62,751 bases of DNA, filler included, from Bipalium vagum (GCA_037834085.1; 3 parts of 3 records of this genome joined end to end with filler, not necessarily neighbours in it), one strand, 5' to 3'. Positions 13,524 through 26,346 are shown, counted from the first letter of the whole stretch. The notes: a model not told the origin generated them from the sequence alone. Numbers and translations: made by a program.

Positions 13524-15099
13524 CTTCTCGTCTGTCACAGTGCTGCCCGAATTCTCAGAAGAATTTCGTTTTTTGCAAAAAATAAAAGAATTTTATTTTC
13601 TATGATATATTTGTATAGATTTATTAAATAATTGAGTGAAAATTCACATTTTTTCCGATAAGAATTTTTCTAATTTTAATGGCATTTTAATTTTCCAAAA
13701 AAATGTTGTCATATTGTCATAAAATAAGACAGGTTTGAGATTATTGGTTTTATTGATTGTTTATTGTGTATAATTTAAGTTTTTGTATTGCTATTGTAAT
13801 TTGGATTGTTAGAATTTTTATTAATAAATCAATTTCCTGCTTCTCTAATTTTATTTATTTTGATGGTGTATAATATTCACATATTTATTTTACAAAACAC
13901 AAAATATCGAAATTTTTTCAATATTTGAAAATAACGTAAACTTGAGATTCTTTTATCTAAAATTAAAAATTAAGGATATTTCTTAAAAGGGTTTTAAAGA
14001 TGAATAATCTAAGGATTATTTTGGTAAACAGTAAATATCTAAGTAAGCCTTGATTTGATATTTGACGATTATCTTAAGATTTCCTTAAAATCCAGAAAAA
14101 AATTGTTGATGTAATTATTCTTCCATTATTGTCTTATCTACTCTAACGTCTAAAAAATGTAAGACTGTTTCCAATGAAATTTATTTTTTATCTCCATTCT
14201 TCTGAATCTCTTAGTTTACTAAGAGAAAAGCAATAAGCAAGTAGTTCAATTTAATTTTAAAATAAACTGTCCTAGTTAAGTCTCACAGTAACTGTTGTAT
14301 TTTCATTCAATTTACGAAAAATCTGTTATTCACAATTAGTATCGTAGTTCAGTTTCCAACCTTCCTCGTAAGGTTAAATAAAATATGAAAATTTAAAACC
14401 TTATGATCGAGATAATAATATATTCAAATAACTTATGGAAATTTTATTAGAATTTTTTTCTTAATTTTAAATTATATATATTCTTTGGAAAAGAATTCAT
14501 TAAAAATGAAATCATAATGAAGTTTATTAGCATAATGAAAATTTTATTCATTAAATTGATAAAATATACAAATTAAAGAATAGTGGACTTAAAATTTTTT
14601 TATTAATATATAAAAAATAAAAATTGCAAATAAAATCATAAGTTTTACTTTTTTTTCAAAGGTGATCATATTAAATTAATATAAGTAACTACTGAGAGTT
14701 ATTATATTTTTCCTAAATCAAACCATTAATTGATTTCATATTCAAAATATTCTTTAAGAATATTTTTTCATTTTATTATCTTAATAATATATAATTTAGT
14801 TTAGAATTAATAATAACAAAGTTACCTTTTAAAATATATTTTACTTTTGACCAAATTCATAATTTTTCTATTGTTTTAATTTTTAATGTGATTAAGTTAT
14901 TTTGAAAAATGTTATGAAATTGTAAATAATTTTTCCTTTTATTTAAATAATTTTTATTTTGATTAACATATTCATTTGACTTTTCTTTATTATCTAGTTT
15001 ATTCTAAATTACTTGATTTAATATTCTAAAATTTTATTGGTAAAATGATATTGATCGCATTTGTTTTTATAAAATTTTAATTTTAGACAGCCTAAGAAA

Positions 15100-18000
15100 A
15101 TGACAAATAACCAATCAAACCCACAAGGTGATGGGTCAAATTTGGTTATCAATGAATCTATTTCTATGTCTAACAAAACAATAAATTCTGAAAATATTGA
15201 GGATAATAAAAATGATGGTCAGTTTTCATTTTTCATTTAGTATGTTTATTTGATTTTATATTCAGTGACAAGAAAATATGGCATAAGTAATTTATTCAGA
15301 AATCTAGTTTGTTGTTCTTGTTTCTCATCAGATCACAGTGTCCCAAAATTTAGAAGTGATTACCAAATTTCAACTAATGACAATGATATTAGTAGGAAAA
15401 CGAAGAAGAACAATGTTACAAAATCTAAAAAGTTTTTTTTCACTGATATTGGTCAAAAGAAATCAACAGATCTCACTGTCACCAACACAATTGGCTCATC
15501 ATTTGCTCAAAGTTTAAGTGCCTCTAAAGAAAACAATGTTTATTCGACTGATACAGCTGATGGTAGCAGTTTAAAGAATTCAGATAGTGCACAGTTTCTA
15601 ACTAAAAGCTCTACAGAGGTTATTAAAAATTCTAATATTTATTAAAGAATCTTATGAATTTAAATTTTATTAATCCATCTATTAATCGTATTTGAATATT
15701 TTTAAAGAATTGAAAAGAATAAAGAAGAAAAAAAGAATTAATAATGAACAGAACTTTTTTAAAATTCTTTTTATTATTTCTTCAAGACTAATCATTAGTA
15801 AATTAATTAATTAAATATTTTTATCATATAGTTATCAAAGTATAAAGTATAATTTCTCTGATTATTGTTTTTGTATAAAAATGTAACTAATTATATATTA
15901 GTTTTTTCAGAATTTAAATGCAATTCTGAAAATTTTTCTATACTCGTCTTGTTTCAGGAATTGATTTTCGAATTAGTTTCAAGCAAAACCAAATGCAATT
16001 TATTTAATTTAAAACTATCATTTACACGCGTAATTAAATTATTTTTGCAATTTCCGATAATGAGAGTGGACGAAAATCTTTATTTTTGTCCTAATTTGGT
16101 TTACGCTTCCATTGGTCATTTTTGTTGACAAAAGATTTCCTGACTGTCTCGTTATTTCCAATGGGTTTCCCTCTCGTTTTCTGTCCCTATTGGTCTGGTG
16201 GGGTTATTGTGTGTGTTCAGTGATTTTTATTTTGTTTTCCAATTTCATTGTTTATCATCTGATTTGGTGAACTCTTGCGACTGATAACCCATGGTTGGTT
16301 CGAACCGAAAATACGAAAACAAATTTATCATGAAACTATTTTTTCACACACACTCACACAAATCTACTTCGATTTTCAGTTTTAATCGCATTTGTTAAAT
16401 CTAAATAAACTTGAAAATAAACTTCAACTTTACCAGAGTGCAAAGTACAGATGAAACGGTTTTTGTTATGATAAGAGCGGGCACACATTTCCTGCTTAAC
16501 AACTATCCGTCTCTTTTTTAAAGTGGAATTTCTGGATTTTAATCGTTTTTTGAGAATTATTGTCTGTCGATTGAAAATCATTAATTGAAAATAGATAATA
16601 ATTGACTGATAATAATCCGGTGGTGATGATTTTATCATTTATATATCGGTATTAAATAACAATTTAAAAACCATCCTCAACAAAATTTTTCAAAAAATCA
16701 ATCCATTTTATTGATTATCTAGGTTTCCAGAGTCCTTTCTCATCTTGTTTCTACATTTTTTTCATTTTTTTTGCATTTATTGAATTTAATCCGGTTTTTG
16801 TTTATTGAGAACACTAACAAGTCAACGAAATTAATATTATTATTTCCATGCGTTTTTTGAGTTTGGATTTAAACTCTATCACTATTGATCTATTTTTTAT
16901 ACTTTAATCGATTTTGTGATATTCGCTTTTTATTATTTTCAGAATGAAAAGCTGTTACCAAAATTATCCGAGAGTAACAAGAACAAAAAGTGTTTCATTA
17001 TTGATCTAGATGAAACATTGGTTCACAGTTCATTCAAAGTGAGTTCAATTTGGTGCTAGTTGCATAATAATCGATGTTTTAGTATGTTAAAACGGCAGAT
17101 ATTAACGTAAATGTCGATATTGACGGTGTGCAACACGAGGTAACTTCAGTTATTAATTAATTTTGCAGCGCATTTTTGTATGGACTACTTGTAGCAATTA
17201 TTGTTAAGCTTTCTTATCATTGCATAATAATAATTCTATAATTTATTATTTTATTTTTATTAATAATACTGTTTGTTTATTTATTTTTAATGTTATTTTA
17301 TATTCGTTTTATGTATGCCATTATTTTATTTTCTATTTCTTATATTTAAAAAATGATGGTAACGAAAATACCATTAGTAATAGTAATAATAATAAAATTA
17401 TAATTATAATATTATAGTAGACTGAAATTAAATAGCAGAAAAATTTTTCAATAATAAAACTAAGATTAATAATAAAAATATAATATTAATATATTAATAA
17501 TGAATAAAAATCTAGTATACGATAAAAATTATTTAAAAAAAAATAATATTGATTAGAATTAATAAACAATACATTGTATAGTCTACTATAATAATATTAT
17601 AATTATAATTTTATTATTATTACTATTACTAATGGTATTTTCGTTACCATCATTTTTTAAATATATAGTTCATTATTTTCATAATTATTTATTAAAATAA
17701 TATTTTATTATTATATCAGTGCAGCCAATCATTGAAGCTCTAGTTTCCTAGCTTTAACTAAATAGTTTTTTAAACTACTAATATACACTGAAATTTTAAA
17801 TAAAATAAACTACAATTGGTGATTCTATGGTGTCAAGATTTGCATCCATGATTTATTTCAAAAGTTTTATTTATACTAAAATGTAAATATATAATTTTCT
17901 TTGATTTTGAAAATCAATACAAATTTTACAAAATCAATTTTTATAAATCTTAAATGTAAACTCTATTTTTAATTTTTCAAAACGAAATTTATCATTCAGT

Positions 18001-21000
18001 CTTCTTTTGTAAGCTGTTATGACGATGGCATATATTATGGATCTCATTTGATTTGATTTATTTATTTTTTAAAATTACGTAAAAAACGTTTAGTTTGTTT
18101 ATTTCAGGTCTATGTTTGCAAGCGACCTTTCGTTGACCAGTTTCTTGCGGAATTGGGAAATCTTTTTGAATGTGTACTTTTTACAGCTAGCTTAGGAAAG
18201 GTAATTTATTGATTTTTTTGTTTGTAATAATTCTCAAATTGGCTTCTTTCATATTTTACAATTGCGTTTTATAATTTCCTGATCTTCTTTAATTTTTTTG
18301 TTAAAATATAATAAAAGAATCCCATTACTGATATTTATTGGTCTATATTTTCAACCAAATTTTTTATTCTCTTGTTTTTAATCATTTTATTTGATTTTCG
18401 ATTAATAACAAAGTTCGATCAATTAATCTTTTTTGAAAATTAGATATAATCGTTTAGTTTTATTTTGCTATTGATATCATGAAATTTTCAAATCCAGATA
18501 TTCGTTTAAACGTCGATTTTAAAATCAAACTATTTCTAAACAAAGAAAATGTATGAAAATTTTCTTTTAAAAAAGTGAAAGGCAAGAACAATGGCTATTG
18601 TTCTGACAATGAAGAATAAATGTTTGAAAAATAAAATGCGAGAAATCGGCGAGTTTCAATTTCTCCCTGGAAAGAATCGAAAACGTAATTTGATGAGGAC
18701 ATAAAGTTAATTTCCAAAAATTACACAAGTGACTTTAAAAAAAAATTTTTTTAATTTATTCTTTTTTATTTTAAAATTTTCGAAAATCTAATTTTTCGAA
18801 TCATGTTTAAATAAATTCATTCAATGAATTCTTAAATCAATGAATACTAATATGAAGAAAAAATCTTTTAAGTCACCGAGTATATTGATCGAATTGATCG
18901 CATGTTGTTGAATAATAATTATTTAAGCCATGGCTAATTTGGACTGAATTTCTTGGCGACAAGCGTTACGAAGTAACCGTCATTCACTGGACTTTGAATT
19001 TGTAAAGTTATCGGTTCAAATATTTTGAAAATTTTAAAGTTAATAACGATATTGATTTATAAATACGTTATCACGTGTGTAAAATATGTTTATTTCGAAA
19101 ATAAAATTTTTTGAGTGCATTTTCCCATAAATATATCGACAGATATTTTATTTTTCGATTATTTGCTGAGAATATATAGATTCTATTTTTAAAATAATCT
19201 TCTGACACTGATCACTTCTTGAAATCAAGTCTTTTAACCAATTCAACTCTTCCTCCAATCAAATTTTGTGCAATACACAATGGATCAATATGTCACCAGT
19301 GATACTAATGTAAAAGATCAGGTTAATTAAAAGACATTAAATTATTAATACCGTGTATTTATCAATATTTTTCTTATGGAAAATAAATAAGATAAATTTC
19401 TATTCATATCTTTCGTCAAAAAATTTCTCATTCATTCTTTTTTATCATTCTATATGAAGATTTCGTTAACTATCTCTATTGTATTAAGATATTTTACCGA
19501 TATTTTGATTTTTAGGAGTATTTCACTCACTGTTTAAAATAGAGTTCAACATCTAAAATTGAATTGGCTTTACATCATATCTTTTTTTGAATGATTAACA
19601 GATATAGGTTGGCTGGAAATGTTCTTCTCTGACTTTTCCGTGGATAAGATTTTGTAAAATTGTTTTACAAGTTATTAAATAATTATATTCAATCATCGCT
19701 GGGAACGAATTTTCAAGACTTGGGCAATACTGTTAGCGATGAACAGATAATAATAGTCTTATTAAATATACCGAAAAAATTCCTAATTAGTCTGATATTA
19801 TGGAAAAGAGTGATTATGAATGTAGAAATTTTTGATTTCTGAATTCATTTTTATTTTCACAGTTCACAATAATGATACAGATGGCAATAATTAACTTTTA
19901 AACTTTCATATTTCACATTTTAATCACATCATGTAAGATTACTATTAATATTATAATAATAATTTTTAATTTTAATCGATATTGTCATATTTGATTCATT
20001 ATTTAAAATTATTTAAAAACTCTTTAGTCAAATTTTAGATTAGAAGTCTTGAAGGATTTATTTTTCATTTTGAATGGAAATGGAAATTCTTCGCTTATGG
20101 ATTATTTTGAATTTTAATGAAACGACATTGAAGCACCACTCCTTAATTAAATATTCATCTAGATAGAATTCATTTTAGCGTATTAAACTCACTTGTTTCA
20201 TTGGATTCATAAAATTTCTCAGTTCTTTAATATCTGGGCAATTCAAAACGAAATAATGAACAATTTCCCCAAACTATTTGATCATTGTTCATTGAAACTA
20301 ATATGAAATAGAATATGATTTGAAATGATTGAAAACGATTTAAGTCAAAAATTAAAAAGTGCAAAGACTAATGTTATTTTTTATGATCTCTTTTATTAAA
20401 ATATAATAAAACTTTTCCGAAATAATTTGATATTATAAAAAGTTTTTATTTTAGTAAAGATTAACTGACTTTTTTTTACATCTTACTTTACATTTTGAAA
20501 TTTTTAGGTAATGATAAAAATGGATTAATTAAAAATTTTGAAAACGATCGTTTTTTACATGATTTTTTATAAAGTTTAGTGTTAATGAATTTATAAAATG
20601 TATCATTTTCATAATCGAATGATTGAAAATTATTGTCACAAAAGTTTTCCTTATCATTTCAAGTAGAAATTAAACATTTATTTTATCAGTTGTTGATATT
20701 CTCTGATGGAAATGTGTTTGGTTTTAGTATGCAGATCCAGTTACAGATTTTCTCGACACTGGAAACGTGTTTGAATCCAGATTATTCAGGGAAGCTTGTG
20801 CCTTTAAGGACGGCAATTACATAAAGGATCTTGATATCTTGGGGCGCGATATAGCGAATATTGTAATTCTGGACAATTCTCCCGTTTCCTATCTTCTTCA
20901 TCCTAAAAATGCAGTGGGTTTTTTTCTGATTTAAGTAATGTTACTTATAGGCGTCTCTTTCCAAGGTACAAATCGTTTCATGGTTCGACGATCAAAATGA

Positions 21001-21610
21001 CACAGCTCTTCTCGATTTGATACCTTACTTCAAGGATTTAGCGTCCAGTCCTCTCTCAGTGCCTGTGTGGTTGGAGCAGAACAGGCCTCCTGAAAGTGCT
21101 GGTATCCTTGGATACCCGCCTTCAAATTTGCATTGGATACTGATGCAAACGTTATCTGTTCCAGAAGCAATCGTAATATATCAGCAACGGCTGAGAGAAT
21201 CTTATCATGCTAGTGGCAGTAGTAATGTTAGTCGACAGAGTTCAGTTCGTGGAACGGGTCAGAATAGTGATTCTCACGAATTGCACGTACCTCATCACGG
21301 TCTCATCACCCAAGCCATCAAAGCCAGTCGACGGAAATCTCTGGCAGCTCAAGAAGACGAATCCAATCGACCTCCAGTCAGTAGCCCAGTTGCCAAGCCA
21401 TCTTCAGATCTGCATCTCGATGATGATGACGATGATGATGATGACGATAACACCAACGATAATAATGACAATGATGTCAACGATGATGATGATGGTGATG
21501 GTGACGATTCAATGGGATCCAATCAGGAATTGGCCAATAATTGTGATTCAGGGGTGATCAATAATCATTCCATTGATTCAAGAGACAATTCCGATGCCTT
21601 ACATGAATGA
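15100..21610 (+). CDS. CTDSP: CTD small phosphatase (SCP/CTDSP family, FCP1-like HAD phosphatase), ~515 aa; exons 15100-15217, 15266-15618, 16943-17038, 17083-17139, 18108-18200, 20728-20913, 20966-21610
   Basis: All introns are GT-AG and the phases close (1548 nt). Catalytic [11 protein letters not shown] (DxDxT). Also [84 protein letters not shown]. The N-terminal [10 protein letters not shown] matches the SCP1-type palmitoylation motif. Confidence 0.95.
16060..16640 (-). mobile_element. Possible decayed Penelope-like (GIY-YIG) retroelement fragment in CTDSP intron 2
   Basis: Only weak motif echoes on the minus strand ([14 protein letters not shown]; ITEHT...H), interrupted by stops. Confidence 0.2.
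17341..17665. repeat. Long near-perfect inverted repeat (arms 17341-17423 and 17580-17665, ~156-nt spacer) in CTDSP intron 4
   Basis: The left arm TATATTTAAAAAATGATGGTAACGAAAATACCATTAGTAATAG...TAGTAGACT is the reverse complement of the right arm except for one 3-nt indel. Confidence 0.92.
19603..19870 (+). mobile_element. Short internally deleted mariner relic
   Basis: TIR-like TATAGGTTGGCTGGAAATGTTCTT, followed by [10 protein letters not shown] (LxxRWxxVI pattern). Confidence 0.35.
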
Positions 21611-23439
21611 TTTATCTGTTTATTATTATTATAATAATAATTATTACAATTATTGATTGTGAAATGTTTACCAAATACGAAATTCTTTATCAAAACAAAA
21701 TTCTCACGACACAAACCAATCTTTTAATAATAATAATAACAATCGACTTAATTTGGGGCCAGGCCTCTGTCTCTCTTGTCGATAACGTTTCGTTTGTGTG
21801 CCATTTTTATGCATCGTGCGTGCGTGCGTGTCGTAGTCAGAGTGCTTCCTAATTTGACATTGTCTCACAATATTATTATTGTTTTATTAATAAAATTGGA
21901 TCTTTTCCTTTCTTTCGTTTGTGTGTCGAGTTTTGATTGGATTGTTTATATTTTCTATGTTTGCAGTTTTACTTCATTTAGTTTCTTTTTTCTCTCTCTT
22001 TGTGTCCCTAATGATATTATATTCTAACGAGTGTGAGTGAATGGGGCGATCGACGAGAGACACTTTTATTTGTATCTCTTTTGCCTCTGCTGTTTTAGCC
22101 TGATCTAACAAAAAATTGGGCCGATGCTACTGGGTTGGCGTTATGTTACTAATGGATTTTAGGTTGGATGGATGGTAGATGGATCGATCAGTCAGTCAAT
22201 CATGATGTCTATCGCGTCTCTAGTGATAACAATCTACAACTGGTGGTTTCATTTCAGCCTCGTATTTTTCTAATAGATTAATTAATTAAAGTTGGTTGCA
22301 ATTTTTTGTATTTTATCGGATTATGAAAATGTCATCACATTAACATTTATCGATTGTTGCTATTGACCCAGTTCCTTTAGTGTAATTTAGCTCCATTTTT
22401 CTAACTACATTGTCTTTGCTCAATTGTATTTGGCGTCTGTTTGTTATAACGCAAAAGTTGTTATTTTTCCGAATTATTTACTTATCCATATTCAACTCTG
22501 ACAGTTGATCACACTTATTATTATTGCTGATTTAGTAACTTATTATCAACATCAAAATTATTCAATTTTGTTAACTTTTAGTCTCGTTCTTATTTCTATA
22601 TTTTAATTAAAGTTTAATTACTTTTCGATATTTTATACCTAAACATGCTTTTTTACTTTATTTGAGTTGTATAAATTCATGTTTTGATTTGGTTTGCTTT
22701 GTGAATTTGGAAAGTGTTTTTTTCGGAAATTATTAATATTACTACTATTCATTATGTGAGTCGCCATTCAAATATTATAAAAGTTGACAAAATTATCGGC
22801 TTGAATTCAGTGTGTTGTTGTGCGTCCAATCAAATATATTTCAGATCTTGAAGGCATTATATATATACACAATATTTAGTGATTATTATTTAATTCTGTG
22901 AAAAATTGTCAGAAAATGACTAAATAAAATTTGGAATATTCGGCAATTTGATTTAAACAACCTTCAGTATTTTTATTTAATATCAAGAATCCGTTATGGA
23001 ATATATTACAAAATTTTTAATATATTTGAGGAACGAGTTTGATTAGCAACATCCGATTCAATTAAGTAACTAAAAAGTTCGGTAATTATTATTGACATCG
23101 ATTGATGTTGAATTTACGCTAGATTCTGAAAATTTTCTTGTTAATTCATAAATGCTATATTTTTTCAAACCAGTTTTACTTGATATAACAAAATTAACTG
23201 TAAGTGTTTGAAAATCAATTATTATGAAGGTGACCAAATCAATTTTATTAAAAGATATTTTTAAACTATCTATCATGAAATTTTTTAATGATAATATAAC
23301 ATTAATTGTTATTAGTATATGGTAAGACAAGGTAGAAGCATAATACTTGATACAAAAGTTCATAGGTTGTATTAACCGTAAAATATATTTTTTCTTTACG
23401 AAGCGACTTACTCAGTTGACCTACTAGGCTGAAGCCACT

Positions 23440-24290
23440 GCTTCCTGCCACTGGAATTACGAAAGAAATCCAAAATTTATCTGCTGTAATAATTCTCTTC
23501 GAAATGTCTCTGGTATTCTAATCACTTGATAATTTTGTTACGCTATTGCTTTACTATGAACGTTATCGTCATACTTAGCTCGTAAAGGTTACTGACCCCT
23601 TCACTTTTGTCAATACATGTAAGCAAATGAATGAATCAAAACAACTAAGAACAACACTTTATTACCAAAATAACAATAACAAACACAGTGTCTCAAATAA
23701 TCAATAAAAATGTCTTCAATCACAAAATCAAATGTTTCAATAGCCGATCACACTAAAAATCAAATGTCTTGAATCAATCAGTTGAATAATTAAATTAAAT
23801 CAATCAAATAATTAAATGTCAATATAAATGAAATGTTAATTAAATTAAAAAGAAAAACAAAATAACAATATCCTCACTAATTGTGACGACGACATGTCCA
23901 AAGGGTGGTTTACTGAACCCAATCCGGTTCACTAAGAAACCAATAACAGCACTGGACCCATCGTGAGCTCCTGTCGCATAGAGAGCATAGAAACAATATT
24001 ACTATGAAAGGTGAAACAGTTCCCTTCTGACGTGTCAATAGCTTCTGTAGAATTTGTCTCGTCCCATGATCAAATATCTTCAGTTGAATAATATATCTTC
24101 TGAAGTGCAAATATCTCTTCTTATGTATCAATATCTAAAGTTGAATAATATCTCTAGGGTAGAATTTGTGGCAATCCACTGTGGATTCTAACTATGGATT
24201 CCAACTCTTTAAATACTATTCTGGTCAGACGACTAATCAGTCGTAGACCAGCTTGATTAATGGGGAATGAAATGTACAAGTCGAGAAACA
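23440..24290 (-). mobile_element. Possible Ty3/Gypsy relic: integrase-region fragment plus LTR-like segment
   Basis: Minus strand IRIPETFRRELLQQINFG resembles the IPxxLRxExLxxxHxGH region. The segment from 23618 reads on the minus strand as AATAAAGTGTTG...CTTACA, an LTR-like end, and has internal short direct repeats. No TSD or PBS found. Confidence 0.3.
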
Positions 24291-24629
24291 TAAGACGACC
24301 AAAAAGGCAGAACATAAAAAAATTGCGAATTTAAAAGCATTATTAAATGATGAAGAACAAGCGTATCATAAAATAAATGTTGATTTTTTTTATTCCAGTT
24401 CTGGTCGCCCTAAATCATCTAGTGCTGTGGAAATCGTTCTAAAAATATATGAAACGGTAAATCATGATTTTGTAAGCCTTGGCGAAAACCACTTTCGACC
24501 GAACATAATGGTCTTTGAACATCGTTGACAGAAGTGAATTAATTAGGGGGATTCTGTTGGAAAATAATGTGATTTTTGTTCAAATAAAATTTGTTTTTAA
24601 TTTTGCGAACTTTTCAAACCACCTTCGTA
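24290..24629 (+). mobile_element. Internally deleted mariner relic
   Basis: SGRPKSSSAVEIVLKIYETV (HTH linker) joined to a C-terminal EHR*QK*I.., ending in TIR GCGAACTTTTCAAACCACCTTCGTA. Confidence 0.6.
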
Positions 24630-25252
24630 CATTATCATTTTTTGATTTTTGTAATATATAATATATATAAATCAGTCCTTTTTGATTTCATGATCATATG
24701 ATTCAACATGAATTGTTTATGCAATCGTTAGTAGTTTAAGCAAATATTACATGCCTTTTGATGGGATATAATTTTTTCTCATGGTAAGCCTCATTAGTTA
24801 TTATTTTCCACGGTTATTATTCTGTTGTTATATTTCCTGTTATCCATATGTATTCTTGTTGGTCATGATACATTTTTATGTTTCAAAGTGCTCTTAAAAG
24901 AAAAATAAAAGGGTTTGGGCCAAAAAAGTTGCGCAGTATTCACTCTAATTTGAGGAATTTCATAGAACATTAAAAATCTTTTTCTCAAGAGTCCTACCTG
25001 AAATTCTATTTACGAACTGTATGTCTGTAATTTCTTTCTTTATTCCTATAAAACTTTCGGAAGGTTCTGCCTTAGATAACGGGAATGGAGATTGGGAATT
25101 CACTTCTGGATCAAGAGTTGGACGGAATCGTCTCAGAGTCCAAATTATATAAGAATAAAGGTCGACAAGTTATAATTTTTTATAATAACAATTGCATAGT
25201 CTTAAAGTTTCCCTCTGTCGGAAATCATAATTTTTTCCACAAATGAATAATA

Positions 25253-25600
25253 TATAGAGTTGCTCGGAAAGTTCTTTCGGTTTTTAATAACACATGTGTT
25301 TAGTACCTGTTTACGAATTTATGAATGTAAAAAATCTCAAACGTGTATTATTTTTAATAATATTGAGTAATTCTAACATTTTTAAATTCATTACTTCATT
25401 TAGCCTGTTTAAATTTGTTTGGCGGCATTTTTAAATGGATAACAAAAAATAACATAATATTCGGGATATTATTCTATTTTATTTTAACAAAAGCAAAAAT
25501 TCAGTACATGCGCATAGAAAAACATGCTAAGTATATAGCACTGATGCAATAGCAGAGCTCATGTGCCAGAATTGGTATAGCAAATTTCTGTCGAAAATCA
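25253..25600 (+). mobile_element. 5' part of a mariner element
   Basis: TIR-like TAGAGTTGCTCGGAAAGTTCTTTCGG. MDNKK*HNIRDIILFYFNKSKNSVHAHRKTC*VYSTDAIAELMCQNWYSKF is the mariner N-terminal HTH. Confidence 0.65.
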
Positions 25601-26346
25601 TTATTTTTTATCATAAATTAATATTATTAATTATATAAATAATAATATATTTAAATAATTAAAAGTATAATCCGCTACGTTGATTTGTCGAAGTTCCTTC
25701 CGTAATTTCACTGAATCTAGTCCTTTGATTCCGCTCGCTCTTTGTGTTGATGTACGTTCTCGAATGTAGACTTGATGATTACCCGAATAAATGTACTATT
25801 TTTATTTTTTGTAGATTGCAAAGTCTAAGTTTTCATCCGAAACAGGTAATTTATTTATACCTGTTCTGGCGCCCTTGGATTATTAAAATAAATTCGTCAG
25901 ATTCTGTCTGATTATTTTTAATTTCACAAAATATTGACTCCAAGTTTTTGGAATAAACTCCATAGATTTTTCCCTATTGATTGAACAATTTTATTCTAAA
26001 GTTTTTAAATTATTTAATGTAAATATTTAAATAAATAAATCTAAAACTGTTATTAAAATTTCTAAAAATATGAATTTATATAATAAATAAATTCTATATT
26101 ATAAAATAAATAATTATTTTAAAGTCATGGTACGAAACGACTATATTCAAATGTATAATTAAAGTTTTAGCACAAACAGCTTGATAAAATGAAGGGGCGT
26201 CTCAAGCTGAAGGCGTTCACATTTCAATATCAATATGATAAAACAAAATATCATTAAGTTTGATGATTTGGTAGAAATAGTTACAATTTTAAATGTTAAA
26301 TATTTCATTAATAAACTGGTAAAAAATCGTTAGAGATTGCAAAATC

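Noticed and set aside
21207-21557. Overlapping +1 ORF with poly-Met (MMMTMMMM)
   Set aside because: Shadow frame of the GAT/GAC poly-Asp tract of CTDSP.
21768-22062. 14-bp complementarity (TGTCTCTC..GTCGAT / ATCGACGAGAGACA) in the CTDSP 3'UTR
   Set aside because: Short, bulged and partly CT/GA low complexity; not distinguishable from chance without conservation data.
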